Position numbers and translations under genes: made by a program
Part shown: in pieces, positions 13,673 to 28,701 of the stretch
How positions within the stretch are numbered: position 1 is the first letter of the stretch
Layout of the letters: each line of letters begins with the position of its first letter
Assembly: GCA_964016885.1 (NCBI GenBank)
Contig: OZ024740.1
Span: forward strand, 278,938,001 to 279,002,000
Length of the DNA stretch: 64,000 nt
Source of the DNA: Eledone cirrhosa
Taxonomy: Eukaryota
Direction of reading: 5' to 3'
Notes under the pieces: generated by a model
What the model saw: only the letters and a program-made list of their open reading frames with translations
The model's database searches: none
What the model was told of the DNA's origin: nothing

Positions 13673-15215
13673 TGTAAGGCAATTTTCTTATTCTTGTTCA
13701 CACTCCACTCAAATAAACACCCCCTTTTCGTTATAAGAATTTATTCGTATAAATTCGTTGAAAATGTATTAATTGAAACTGTCTTTCATCATCATTTATT
13801 GGATTGGGCGGGTTGTCATGGTCCTAGCCAATTCTTAATGATATGTTCCAAATTTTGGAATGGATTTTATAGTTGGGTGTTTTTCTACCTTCTGCCAACC
13901 ATTTTTCTGAGAGAACTAGGTGCTTTCATCGTGGCACCAACACGAGAGGTTATGTCCTCAACAAAACTAAAGAGTCTACACTACTCTATATGTCGCCGTA
14001 CAATGGCCCACCATTCTACATAAAGTTCTAAGTACAGTTTATCGAGGCACCGACACTGGAGAAGTTGTCATATCTTTTACAAAACTAAAGAGTCCTCTTT
14101 ACTCTGCTTTGTCTTCATTAGATAGTTTACGACTTTTCGGGGTGTATTAAGTGCACTTTGTCATGGCATCAATGCTACAGAGTTTTATCTTCTACGTGAA
14201 TAAGGTGGAATCGCCACTTTTATGCAGTGTTCATTCTTTCACGACAAAAGCAACTAAAACGCTGAGGATCAAGAGAAGAAAAGGGAGAGAGTATGATTTG
14301 AGTGTGAGGGGAGGGGGGTAACAGAGTGATGGTCAAGTGAGGGGAAAGCGAGTGTGAGGGTGCGTAGGGAGGTCAATAGAGAAGTTGAGTAGGGTAGCAG
14401 AATGAGCAATGTGACATATCGATAGGGATGTCATGGTATGGTTGAATGACAGATACTACGGGAAAGAGAGAGTGGTATATGTCAGCAAAGCTTCTCACGT
14501 TTGAGAAAGAGAGTGTGTAATGATACCAAATATGGATGCAAGTGATGGGTATCGCCAGTGATGAATGATAAATGCCGGTAGTTGTAATACCAGCTAGGGG
14601 ATTTATGAGTGGGCTGAGGAATGATATGAATATGGTCAAATCTATTGTCAGAGTAAGAGGTGTGAGAGCGCGGCAATGATAATAACAGTGATAGTGTTGA
14701 AGTGGTCATTAGTGGGTTTTTTTTATGGGAGTGATATAGAAAGTATTACAAAGGGGTGTGGATAGGAATTAATCTAATGCCGTCTCACACGTGTTATGCA
14801 GTAATCATGGCGTAGTTGATATCACAGCAGATTTACCAAAGTCAGGATCGTCCGCTGTTCATTACAGTAAATATTTCCAAGATAACATTATCTCTGGCTC
14901 TTTCGATTTCCTTTTTTCCCTTCCTGAAAGATAGAGAGAATATGCGGTGCTGAGACCGAGGGGACCACTAATCATGGGAGTACTCAACGCATGGGGAGAT
15001 GCAGAGTTGGTATAGAGATAGGTAAAATCCCAACCACGGTACCAAGCGGTTTCGGCTTGTGTGACACAGGAGACGAAAGGTTTCGCGCCGCAGTCGAGAT
15101 TATATATATATATATATATATATGAAATGATGAGCGATTTCAGACGTCTCTGTTGAGCTCGTGTCTCCGGGAAACCTTTGATAAATGGAATAATTGTCTT
15201 ATGTTGTTTATTACA

Positions 15216-15351
<136 letters not shown>

Positions 15352-15545
15352 GAATTTACCTTCAAGCATAGCTGTATACAGATATGTACTGGAATTTCGT
15401 ATTTCTAAAGAAATACGGTATGTTTATAAATAAGCATTTAGAAAGCCGTAGCTATGCAAAACCACCGACAGCAATCGCCACCTAATACCTGGTGTATCAA
15501 AGAGAATCATTAGATTTATATATATATATATGATATTTATATATG

Positions 15546-15589
<44 letters not shown>

Positions 15590-15716
15590 AAGTTTTATTT
15601 AAATTGTTGGGTTAACAACGAGTAAATGTTTTTAACTGATATAAAAGCACTCAACAAGTATTTGGAGTATATTTACGATATTAAATAAATGGAAACTATA
15701 TTTATAAAACCATATT

Positions 15717-15782
15717 TATTTCATTATATATATTTCAGGGATATCATATTAAAAATATGTTATGCCTTCTTCAGACAAAATA
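15717..15782 (-). ncRNA. Type I hammerhead ribozyme motif (mirror copy in the left arm of the palindrome)
   Basis: Exact reverse complement of 15937-16002. Confidence 0.7.
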
Positions 15783-15936
15783 CAATATAAACAGTCTTAT
15801 AAATAGATAGATTCGACATACCTTTCAACTTCGACTTCTATTTGAAAAGTTGATTTGGTACCAAATCAACTTTTCAAATAGAAGTCGAAGTTGAAAGGTA
15901 TGTCGAATCTATCTATTTATAAGACTGTTTATATTG

Positions 15937-16002
15937 TATTTTGTCTGAAGAAGGCATAACATATTTTTAATATGATATCCCTGAAATATATATAATGAAA
16001 TA
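15937..16002 (+). ncRNA. Type I hammerhead ribozyme motif
   Basis: UAUUUUGU-CUGAAGA-[31-nt stem II AGGcAUAaCAUAUU/AAUAUGaUAUcCCU]-GAAA-UAUAUA-UA-AUGAAAUA. Stem I 8 bp with 2 GU pairs; palindromic stem III; predicted cleavage after 15994. Confidence 0.7.
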
Positions 16003-16042
16003 AATATGGTTTTATAAATATAGTTTCCATTTATTTAATATC

Positions 16043-16145
<103 letters not shown>

Positions 16146-16346
16146 ATGTGTGTGTGTGTGTGTAAATGAAATATATGTATGTATATATATATATATATAT
16201 AACCTCAATAAACGTAATGAAGATCTAACATTTCATCATGTTTATTATTAGTATTACGGTCTGCTTAGTACAACACCAATATACCTAATGGAAACTACAC
16301 ATCGAGTGCTCACTCTGGTCAACCTACAGTAACTGGACGTTACAGT

Positions 16347-17163
<817 letters not shown>

Positions 17164-17515
17164 AAAAAATGTGGAGAAGAATACTGCAGGTTGCACATGG
17201 ATAACATGTTATAAAATGAGTCCCTCATCAGTGATTTGCCAACGATCATAGATATTTCATTGCATTAAAAATCATATACCTCACGTTGGTGCAATAATAA
17301 CTAAATTAAGTTATTAGGACAATTAAAACGCGTAAAGCGAGTGAGACAAGTAAACAACAAAGAGGAAAGCTAACCGTAGATAGGAAGGGACAAAATTAAG
17401 ATAAATCAAAATGAATTTAATCTAAATCAAAATTATGGGTGTCATGCCAGAAAGGCATGCGCCATATCACCCACAAAATAAGCTCCAAGATTCTAATGAA
17501 TAGGTCCGAGCATTT

Positions 17516-17935
<420 letters not shown>

Positions 17936-17981
17936 CGTGCGTGCGTGTGTGTGTGTGTGTGTGTGTGTAAATGAAGTAATT

Positions 17982-18012
<31 letters not shown>

Positions 18013-18018
<6 letters not shown>

Positions 18019-18631
18019 ATGTTCAAAAGGTAACACACTAGAGAGAGATACAGTGCGCTATCAATAAAACAGGCTCCGTTAATGTATCGTGATATTTCGC
18101 TCCTTATAACAGTCTTTCCTCTCTCTCTGTTTGGTTGAGCACACTTCTCTGAGTGGTTTGGGGCTGCCCTTTCTAGCAGCTCGTCCCTCAGAGGCCACTG
18201 GTTCCTGTCCTTAAACACGCTGTGACTTCTCTCTCCCACGTGTAGCTGGACGGTCGCTTTAAAAATTCTCTTAGTGTTGTCTGAAATGTATAGCTTTACA
18301 CACGCTGATGAACCTGGGTTATTTCATTTCTGTCAACAACTTACTGGCGAAACAGATCTCTTTGGATTTGTACCTGTGTTATATAGTTATAGAGGTATTT
18401 ATTTACGCTTTAATTTATATTTTTAATTATCGTGTCTATACTCTGCCTTTCATAGGTTATAGATTCCATACACTGGTGGTTTTTCCCTGTTTTATTGATA
18501 ACGCACTGTATCTCTCTCTGGTGTGTTACCTTTTCAACATATTGTATTTTAAAGAGCTCAGGATTTCCTCTCCTTTGAGCACATTATTTACAGGGAACGG
18601 CGAGAGTCTATGGCTCCGTTAATGTATCGTG
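18013..18631. mobile_element. (TA)n-flanked element with 61-bp inverted repeats plus a 20-bp direct repeat (Penelope pLTR-like arrangement)
   Basis: 18013-18073 inverted at 18486-18546; GGCTCCGTTAATGTATCGTG at 18072-18091 and 18612-18631; degenerate CTGATGA...GAAAC at 18305-18353. Confidence 0.6.
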
Positions 18632-18935
18632 TATATATATATATATATATGCATATATATATATATATGTATATATATATTTATTTATTAAAATAACAGA
18701 TTAAAGTTTAAGCAAAGAATCGCTGCTTTCACCCTTAACGGGATCTTCTGTTCTACGGTTCTTATATATTTGATATATATTTATCCTTATCGAGCCCTCT
18801 TTGGATTTTAGTCTTCAAATTTATTACTATATGTATATATATTTAAAGGTTAAACAATGTTCAATGAATAAATCAAAGAATGAGTTTTACAATAGATTGG
18901 AAGCAATCAACAGTTATGGTTTTCCGGAGTTATTA

Positions 18936-19175
18936 ATATTAATTCAAAATATTAACAAAAATAGACATTCGTGTGATCAAGTATATTTTATTATACATAT
19001 TTCAGAGGTACTGAGCTATCTTCAACAGTACGTCCTCATCAGATAAAATAAGATGATGCATGACATACCTGATGAGGACGTACTGTTGAAGATAGCTCAT
19101 TACCTCTGAAATATGTATAATAAAATATACTTGATCACACGAATGTCTATTTTTGTTAATATTTTGAATTAATAT
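18936..19175. repeat. Inverted repeat (107-bp arms, 26-bp spacer) carrying a hammerhead core, ending in (TA)n
   Basis: 18936-19042 versus 19069-19175, one mismatch seen (CAGTAC/CATTAC). Confidence 0.88.
18984..19050 (-). ncRNA. Type I hammerhead ribozyme motif
   Basis: UAUUUUAU-CUGAUGA-[GGAcGUACUG...CAGUACcUCU]-GAAA-UAUGUA-UA-AUAAAAUA. Perfect 8-bp stem I, 9/10-bp stem II, near-palindromic stem III. Confidence 0.72.
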
Positions 19176-20230
19176 ATATATATATATATATATAAGTATT
19201 GAAATTTCCGTTGAAAACAGAAAAGGTCATAGAAGTGAAGAGTGCTCTATGTAAGTACATATATATATACATACATACTCATATACATATACGCATATAC
19301 ATACACACATACACACACACGCACGCGCACGCGCACACACACACAGGCACACAGACACACACACACACACACTGTGAACCCGCATCTTATGCGGAGAACA
19401 TTTTTTTAGAAATTCAAAACATGTAAAACTCTTAACATTTTCCACATAAAACCGTATACCCTAATGTTTCGGTACACGGAGGCTACAAACAGATTCAATA
19501 ACAAAAATTTTAGGTGTTTTAAAGTTGTAGTAATTTTTTTCATCTTTTTGTTTGTCTTATTTATGATTCTTTTCTCTTTCTCTCTCTCTCTCTCACACAT
19601 ATACACACACCTCTCTCACACACATACACACACCTCTCTCACACACACATACACACACCTCTCTCACACACACATACACACACCTCTCTCTCTTTCACAT
19701 ACACACTCGTCTTTCTCTCTCTCACATACACACTCCTCTCTCCCTCTCTCACTGTCTCTCTTTTGTTAATGTTACTTAATTGTAAGAGATATTAAATAAC
19801 ACCTAGCCAGTCATGGCTTACTAGCTCTATACAGATATTTAAATTAAATAAATATATAAGTCAATAAATAAATAAAGTAAGGGAGAAAACTCTACACTCT
19901 ACTCCTACAACTATCATTTTTAACCAGAGTTTTCTCAACCTACAGAGAATTTTACATTATGCCTCCTTTGAAACATAAACGTAGATGAGAGTCTTGAAAT
20001 TACGAGTTTTTAAAATAAATAATTGTTTCTACTTTTGGCACAATGATTTCCGATGTAGGTACAAGGCCAACAATTTTTGAAGGTGGAGAAAGTCGATTAA
20101 ATCGTCTTCAGTTCGTTGCTGGTACTTTATTTATCGACCCTGTACAAGTGAAAGGCAAAGCTAACTTCAATCAATGTGTTGCGTGTGGTACCAATTGACT
20201 ACATATGGTGCGAGCCTACTGCATATATTG

Positions 20231-20290
<60 letters not shown>

Positions 20291-20560
20291 AGCAAAACCT
20301 CAACACACCCACGCATACACAGTGTATTTTTATATATGCATATGACTGATCAGTTCATATTCGTAGAAACTAAATTTAGTCCGGGCCATTTTGTCATTTT
20401 GGTATACAATTTGCCACTATCCACGTGCAATCGTTTCCATTACAAATAACGTATTGTGTGCACTCTGAGGTATAGTTTTATGTGTTCCCACGTTCAAATC
20501 TCATGTCTCATTGAGTGACCGGGGCTATACGGATCCCTATTCCGCTGGCTTCGTTAACAA

Positions 20561-20647
<87 letters not shown>

Positions 20648-20680
20648 AATAATGGAGCTGCGGCGTTGCAAATGGGTTAC

Positions 20681-21019
20681 ATATGAAAAAGTAAGTCCTT
20701 CATCAGTGGCCTTCCAACCGTCCTAGGCATTTCATCGCTTTAAAGGCCATATACCTCAGGTTGGTGCGAACAACGGCTAAAAAAAGTCGTTGGGACACGT
20801 AAATAAAGGGGACGCTAGGGTGAACAAACAAAATGGTTTAAGCAACACTTTCTGTTGCTTAAACCATTTTGTTTGTTCACCCTAGCGTCCCCTTTATTTA
20901 CGTGTCCCAACGACTTTTTTTAGCCGTTGTTCGCACCAACCTGAGGTATATGGCCTTTAAAGCGATGAAATGCCTAGGACGGTTGGAAGGCCACTGATGA
21001 AGGACTTACTTTTTCATAT
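20681..21019. repeat. Near-perfect palindrome (about 166-bp arms, 5-7-bp spacer) ending in (TA)n
   Basis: 20681-20846 is the reverse complement of 20854-21019; the arm is homologous to a diverged single copy at about 17185-17325. Confidence 0.9.
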
Positions 21020-22564
21020 ATATATATATATATGTGTCTGTGTGTGTGTGTGTGTGTGTGTGTATAAAGAAAAGATGTGAGAAAAACCACAGACCCTCTA
21101 TCTCAACTCTACTTTTGAAAAGCAGAAGAACGGCGAAACCGGTAAACGAACCAAATAAATATATATATATATATATTTCACGATTGTGAATCCAATACTC
21201 TAACCACTCAGCCACACGCCTTCACAAAAGGTTGTGAGTTCGATTCCTGAACCAGGAGATGCGTTATGTCCTTGAGCAAGACACTTTATTTCACGTTGCT
21301 CCTTCTACCTGGAGTTGCGACCGATAGATAGTATTAGCAATTGGAAAGACCAACGGAAACATAGTTTCCTCGGTCCGATTTGACGAAAGTCGATCGACTA
21401 GAATATATATATTTTAAATAAGACTCCAGTTGCATTTTCGATTTCATCTTTTTTTCTTTATACTTTCACTCGTGTAGGACACCTCGGTTATTTTTCATTT
21501 TGTAAAAAAACCCTCACTTTCTAATATATGTGTATATATATATTTAATTAGAAAGTGAACAACACAATATATAACTACTCCATTACCAAAAGTTTCTGGG
21601 CCCTAGACAATATTAATATACGTCTGGGTCGTTCATCAGACAGGTGTATGTATATATATATATAAAAAGAGTCAGTGGTTGTGGTGGTGGTGGTGATGAT
21701 GATGATGATGGTAATGATGATGATGATGATGATGATGTCTGTGTGTGTGTGTGTGTAATATTTTTTTGGAAACTGAAACTTAAAAAATTGTTACTCCACG
21801 TTTCTCATGGTCTGTCTTCGGATGATTTTAGATAAAATAGAACATTAAGATCTAACTGGTTGACAATATAGCTGTCATTTAAAAAATAAATAAATGGGCG
21901 ATGGAGAGATTTGTTAAATAAAGGAAGAATGATATAAATATCTGTATTTTACAGAATTAAAAATATATATATGAACAAAAGCGTATAAATATATGAACAT
22001 TGAACGAAAAAAAAAAAAGAATTGCAGGTGTGTAAATTACTAATTATGCAAGGGAAATAACTCATTTAAATATTTTTTAAAAAATACATACTCTCCAAAA
22101 CATGAGGGTGAATTTAACACCAAAAGATTACATGTAATTCTTGTAGTTATCTGTTTATTGTTAATATAATTACAAAATACATATACAAAGTTCCAAGATC
22201 TGAGACCTTTCATATAAATCATGCTAGTTTTAAAATAAGATGAGTAACTGTCACTCTCCTTACTATATTTCTAACAAAAATCTGTTTAATGAATAATGCG
22301 AGAGAGAGTGAGAGGGGGGTGATAGTGTGGGAGAGAGAGAGTGAGAGTGTGTGTGTGTGTTTCTAGTAATAATAAGCCTACAGTAACAAAATAGCTTATG
22401 TGAGGTTTTAGTGAAATAACTATCTTTCAATACAATTATGAAATGAGATATATAACTACTGAAATCTAATATTATCTGCCATGTAATTATGAGATTTCAG
22501 TCCAAGATTTGAATTTAAATTTGAACACTTTAATAGAACTGGTTTTTGGATAGACTGTTGTTTA

Positions 22565-22860
22565 AGAACAACGCGACGTTAAACGACTCGTTATTCGCCT
22601 CTAGCCTTGTCGTTTCGGTCACCAAACCGGGCTCTGCTGCCTGCAATGCGGAGGAGAAGAAGATAGTCAAATATCGGGGCCCGACCGACAGCTTCCTCTT
22701 TGCACCGGTCTCTGGCGCCCATGTTCTCCGTACTGCTGATTTCCTCCGTAAAGACGGAAAGACGGCGGCCCGCTTAAAGAGATAGTCCAGTGAGTTGGGT
22801 GGCTGTTGCAGCGAGTCTCTTTGGTCATTCTCCGCGGTAACGCTTTTGTCGTTTTATCTG
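22565..22860 (+). mobile_element. CRE-clade non-LTR retrotransposon 3' fragment (restriction-like endonuclease end)
   Basis: ATLNDSLFASS...GSAACNAEEKKIVKY...FLFAPV and WLLQRVSLVILRGNA. Related fragments at about 27685-27735 (+) and 29955-30160 (-, WDATISDSFVPSH...LFQHLSLTITRNNA). Confidence 0.6.
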
Positions 22861-23399
22861 CGGGGGCACTGCACAGACTGGGAACGGGGGCTGTTCATCG
22901 CCCTCTTCCTTCTTTTGTTGCTTGATCTTTCTTTTTTTCTCCTTTTCATTTTCTTTTTTCTTTCCCCAGTACAATCGGGCTATAATTCTTTAAGCAATTT
23001 TTGTTTTGTTTTTTTAATGTACTCTGGTTCTTTAAAAAATTCTTATTTCTTAAAAAAGAAAAATTACAACACAGGTTCAAACGAAAGGTCGCTAATCCTA
23101 CACATTGACAATGACCTTTTAGTTTCGTGTAATATGAACGGTCGTGAATTAGATAAATTTAGAACAGATTATTAAAACATTATTTAATGGAAAAATTATT
23201 TAATGAAATACGAATTACAATTGATACTAACCTTACTATTGTTAACATTTTGAATATTACTGGATCAATTGGTGAGAGTTGCTTCTGACAGGACCCGCTG
23301 GAAGGAGTGTTTGAAGAATCTACCACCACGACCCTCTCAGGAAGAAAAAGAAGATTGGTAGATCTTTATACTTCCTGAGCTTTCTGAACCTTTTCGAGA

Positions 23400-24050
23400 T
23401 GTTACAATCTGACGGAATGCTCATGTCAATTAAGTGACATGTTTTCTCTTTATAGTCCTCATAATTATATCAGGTCTGTTGGCTTTGATTGTTCTGTTGG
23501 TGTTCACAGAGAAATCCCATAGGATTATCACGTTTTCATCTCCTGTTACTGCATCTGGATGGTGGTTGTACCATTTCCTCTATTGCTCCTTTCTATCATG
23601 CCTCGTTTTATGTTCATTGGAAGCTAATACTTTGCAGCCTGAAATCAAGTGGTCAATGGTCTCAACATGCGCATCATAGAATTGATACTTTGGGTCAATT
23701 CTATTTCTGATTAAATTTGCTTGAAATTTGCGCGTTGAATGTCATGTGCAACAAAAATGAAGCTCTCACACTCGGCCTTTAGTACAGAACTCTGCAGCAA
23801 CTGATGGGTGAGAATTTATCTACATCAGAGTATTTGCTACAGAGAACATACTGCCCATGCAGTGCTTTTTGCTCTCATTTAGTGCATAGTCTCTGTTTTC
23901 CTTCATGTTTTGCTAACACTGATGTTCTTTGCAGCTTTAATTGCAAAATCGCCATCATTTTCAGAATGTATCTCCAATTCTTCCGCAAACTTTCTACTTT
24001 CCTTTATGACTGAATGTAACCACTTCTTCCTTTCGTGATCTGCAACCATT
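23400..24050 (-). mobile_element. R4/Dong-clade non-LTR retrotransposon fragment
   Basis: Reverse translation gives ETIDHLISGCKVLASNEHKTRHD and ILWDFSVNTNRTIKANRPDII (zinc knuckle plus RLE motifs). Confidence 0.7.
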
Positions 24051-24329
24051 TTCATCATCCAGTCAACTGAGGTTTTAAGGTACTGAGTTTAGGGTGAAGA
24101 AAGGGATAAGGAGCATGCTGGCAAGGAATTCAGGAGTACACAAGCAGGGTAGGGGTGGGACCCAAGTATTGTATCACTTCTCTATTTTATCAGGTTTAGA
24201 GTGGAGGGAGGTATGTGGTATGCCACCCTCTTTGTGTTTCTTCATTCCACTGGCATGAGAAGGCTAGTTCTCTGTATTATGGTATATCGTCAGTTTTCTA
24301 GATTCTGGGTCATCTTTTTTATGAAATTC

Positions 24330-25145
24330 AGCTGCATGAGATCGACCTTCACATCATCCCGCGTTTTCCTAGGTCTTCCTCTTCCAGGGGTTCCTTTGAC
24401 TTTGAGCACTCAGTTTATATGCAGTTGTCATCCTTCATGGGCATCACATGCCCATACTATCACAGTCTTCTCTTCTGCATGCTGCAATCAATGCCTCTTA
24501 TAGCCAGTTTTGCTCAGCTCATTCATACTTCGTCACTCATGTATACTACAATTACACATCCATTAAAGATGCTTGCCTAATTTATTTCCAATCTCTGTAG
24601 TACCACCATACACAAAGCCCAAGTCTTACTACCATGTAGCATTACTGTTCACACACAAGCATCATACCATTTGCCTTTCACTCTGAAAGAGAGACCTTTT
24701 GTAGCAAGCAGTTGTAGTAGCTCCCGGAACTTTTTCCAGTCCATCCTCACTCTGGCTATTGTGTTGCTTCTGTGCATTGACCTCATACAAAGCCTACAAT
24801 CTTTGCTAGCTTACTTGTGATCCCACTTCATCTTTTGTGTACCCCTAGCTTACATTTTGTACATATGATAGAATTTCTTCTTACTCCTTTCCTGTATACT
24901 GAGCAAGGCCATTTCCCTGAGGAAATCAGAACCTTGTTTTCTTTTTTATTTATTAGGACTTTGGACTTTGCTAGATTGACTCTGAAATCTTTTGATTCCA
25001 GGTTTTACAACCATGTGTGGAATCTTCTCTAATTCTGCCACAGTTTCAGCTATGAGAACTAAATCATCAGCATATAAGAGCAGTAGCCGGTTTTAAATCT
25101 TCTATTATGGCCTGAAGGACAATAATAAACAAGAAGGGGTTGAAG
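24330..25145 (-). mobile_element. Degenerate RTE-clade LINE (reverse transcriptase to 3' end)
   Basis: LLYADDLVLIAETVAELEK at about 25025-25080; GRPRKTRD-like C-terminal motif near 24360-24390. Confidence 0.75.
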
Positions 25146-25178
25146 ACAGCCGTAGTGGACACTCTGGAAGGCGTGTCT

Positions 25179-25277
25179 GAAGAAGAAGAAGAAGAAGAAG
25201 AAGAAGAAGAAGAAGAAGAAGAAGAAGAAGAAGAAGAAGAAGAAGAAGAAGAAGAAGAAGAAGAAGAAGAAGAAGAA
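25179..25277. repeat. (GAA)n microsatellite
   Basis: About 33 perfect GAA units. Confidence 0.95.
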
Positions 25278-27833
25278 ATTTAATCCCTCATAATAATTGT
25301 TTCTACTTTTGGCACAAGGCCAGCAAATACCCAGTGCATTACTGGTACTTTATTTTATCGACCCCGTAAGGATGAAAGGCAAAGTTAACCTCGGCGGGAT
25401 TTCAACTCAGAATGGCAAGAGCCGTAACTCTATGCGTCAAAGCATGGCGTCCAACCCTCTACCGATACTGCCAATGATTTCTACTTTAGGCACCTGAAAC
25501 TGGATTTTTACCCGAACTCTATCTGAACTTACATCTGGTTATCTTTTCGGATCACTGGATTTTTTTCATTGCCTTTTGCTTTACACTAACATAACATACT
25601 CACCACCACTTTTCCTGCATTATTTTCTTCTGACTATTCTCTTCTCACCATTCTCCACTGCTAGCACTCCTCTATCTTTTTATTTCTTCTTTTATTTCTC
25701 ATTCTATTTTCTGATAAAAGACTAGTGGCCGAAACGTTAAGACTCTTTTCTAACTATATCATGTGTAATACGAATATATTTTTCATTGTACTGTGTCATT
25801 TGCTTTATTTTAGTTTTCTTTATGCAACCGCATGCCGCTAGTGTTACGACAGAATGAACCCAGAATGAACTGTAAAGTGTTTAGTGTTAAGAAGGGCATC
25901 CAGTAGTAGAAACCACGCCAAAAGGGTTTTAACCACATCACGGATATAACCTCTCTATTACTGGTGCCACGACAAAATGCCACTAGTACACTCTGTAAAA
26001 TGGTTATAGTTAGGAAGGGCATCTGTAGCGAAATCTCTTCACACTTCCCCACAATGTTCACTTTTCTTTTGTCTTGAATTGTTGTCGCTAGTTTGTCTGG
26101 AGAAAGCATCCCTCAAGAGTCATTTACAGTTTATCAAAGATAATACTTTCTTCACTCCATTCTACCCTCGTTTCTCGGCAGAGACGGACATCACACGGAG
26201 TTGTTCTGGCAAGTAGATAGATGTAGCACTTAACCAAAATACTCCAGCCCTCTTGACGGGGTTGGCACCTTGATAATGCATCTTGTCAGACTAATACTGC
26301 ATTCACGCAAACCACCCACACATTTCACTTGGTTTGTTGTTGTTTCCCTGTGTTGTCAACAATAGCTTCGACGCTTAGTAAAATTCGTATAATGGCGGTA
26401 TTTGTTATTATTCATCGGATCTAAACTATAATAAAGTAAGGAGTGCGGGACTGCGTACGGTTAATAATTTTTTTATCCCATTAGTAAAATAAGTTGGATT
26501 ACTTTGAATAAATAATGAATGAATATTACATAATTTATCTACTAAATTTCGTAGCTGTTGATTAAATATATTTTATTGTTTATTTAAAGATTCACTTCTT
26601 TAAAATTTTCAAATGTCAACACTTCCGGTTAGCGATCGCTTAAATAAACATTCATATATTTCTGTCACTAATTTTCCCCTACTGCAGTTTATATATAATA
26701 TCGTCTTTTTTTAAATGATTAGATTACTGATTACATAAGAGAGTGTAACGCAGTCTTCGTTCAATTTCTGTGTATATTGTCAATTACGATGTTATTTGAT
26801 GAATCATATCTACATATAATATCAATATGCACACTACACGTGCTAGCAGAAAAAACACTCGATAGATGGTTTTTCTGCTAGTATTGTTAATGGCAGCTTC
26901 AACTATCAACTACTGACTATGGCAACGAATACAGCCACACATTTCGAATCACTGAGGCATACATACTCAATTCATTTGCCAGGAGTCACAAATTTCCCAA
27001 ACTCAAGCCATCTGTCGCGCTGCATCTAAAATATACATCTTTACACATCCAGCTGTAGAATCCGATCACCATCAAGACCTCAAGCGTCTTCGGACCCCGG
27101 ACAACTTGAAGCGAAGTTTAGTGGTTGTTGTTGAAGAGGATGATTAACACGACAAATACAATAATTTGGGTTAGATATATAATTGTACTTCATTTCAGTA
27201 AAAAGGAAAAAGAATATGTGTTTATTATGCTATGTTCGATTACAAAGTGACAAGTTGCTTCAAGATGTACATACCAACATAGGTTGTAGTAAGTTCGCAG
27301 TGCAGTGTTGTTTACATGAAGACGCAGATGATTTTCTGTGTGTGGTTGATGTGCCGATGGGAGAATTGCTGTCGGGCCCTTGTCGCCAAGGCCGAAGATT
27401 CTTTTTTGCTAAATGCTACATCTCGCTACTTGCCTGAGCAGATTGAAGTAATGCTTTTCTTCCGAGTTACCAGAGTCGAATGAGACAAAGAATGACTTAT
27501 CTCGCTTCACCTCAAGCTAGCCAGCCACTCCAGACAAATTACCCCAATTGAGATAAAGACAAATAGCAGCCAGATATCATTCGGGGGTCAGTGTGTGCGA
27601 AGAGATTTCGCTACAAGCTGACCTCCTCCGTAAAATCGGGTTGATATCTGCCCGTTTGAAGGAGGGGCCCCCGCGAGGTGGGGGTGGCTATTGCAGCGTG
27701 TGTCGCTGGCCATTGTCCGCGGGACGCAACCAAAACATCGCTCTGACCTAGGTGTAGAGATTATCACCCTCTCCCCTTCCCCCTTTCTTCCTTTGTCTAG
27801 TAGTCCTTGCTCTTCCCTCCTTTTCCTCTTATT

Positions 27834-28080
27834 CAGGGGCATTGGAATTGGGGGCCAGGGGAGGGGGGCATGCCCTCCACCCAATAATTATATATTTTCT
27901 CCCCAAACTACCAAAACACACATCTATTTGGATATGCATTACAATTTATGTACATGTTATGTTTATCGCATATCGAAGTTTTCTGAGCATTTTAGAATAC
28001 AAAGAGCTGAACTAATCACTACAACTATATTGACCAAATTTGACCCCCTCCCCCAATCTGAAAAACTTCCACCGTCCCTG
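27834..28080. mobile_element. Possible hAT-type MITE
   Basis: CAGGG...CCCTG termini with GC-rich subterminal GGGGCATG/TTGACCCCC motifs; no clear target-site duplication. Confidence 0.4.
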
Positions 28081-28623
28081 TCATTTATGGCATTTATAGT
28101 CCTTTCCAATACTGCTCCCTTTTTCTATATTTATATAACTCTACTAATAAAATTGTCTTTTATTACATACGTGTTTGTGTGCGTACATGTAAACGTATGT
28201 ATTTGTAGGTCGATTCAAACATACATATTACTAGAAGACATACAATATGCCCAAATGTACTTGTTTATGTTCTCACGCACAGACGTACACACGTGCACAC
28301 GTTTATATAATACACATACGAAAATACGTCTATATTGAGATATAATTATTACTAATTAAATTATCGATGATTTGACAATAACATAATATAAATCATCTAT
28401 AATGAGATTTTTTAAAATACAAAACAATAATTTTTTTAAACAGAAAATGTTGTCATTATTTTATGTCGTAATTTATTGTTGTCATTCCATTCATTTATAG
28501 ATGTGAGAATTGTGTCATATATATAAGTCCTGATCCAGGAACATTTTGTTGGCTCCTGTTCACTCATAGTAATTCTTCTACAACCGATTTGTCTGCAACC
28601 CGCTTTGTGGAATCTTGTTTACC

Positions 28624-28701
28624 ATGAACGATGCATTGAATTATCAAAGTAATCCGGATGAGGATTATTATAAAATACTCGGATGTCACCAGCTTTCCAC
28701 G
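28624..28701 (+). CDS. DNAJC12: DnaJ homolog subfamily C member 12, coding exon 1 (MNDALNYQSNPDEDYYKILGCHQLST)
   Basis: ACCATG start; 78 nt; donor ACG|GTAAGT. Resembles the vertebrate DNAJC12 N-terminus (MDAILNY...EDYYTLLGCDELSS). Confidence 0.93.

Noticed and set aside
19069-19127. Plus-strand hammerhead in the right arm of the 18936-19175 repeat
   Set aside because: The arm starts at CTGATGA and lacks the 5' strand of stem I, so it cannot fold in cis
27588-28338. 215-aa and 98-aa ORFs upstream of DNAJC12
   Set aside because: Chimeric read-through of a CRE fragment, a MITE and low-complexity sequence
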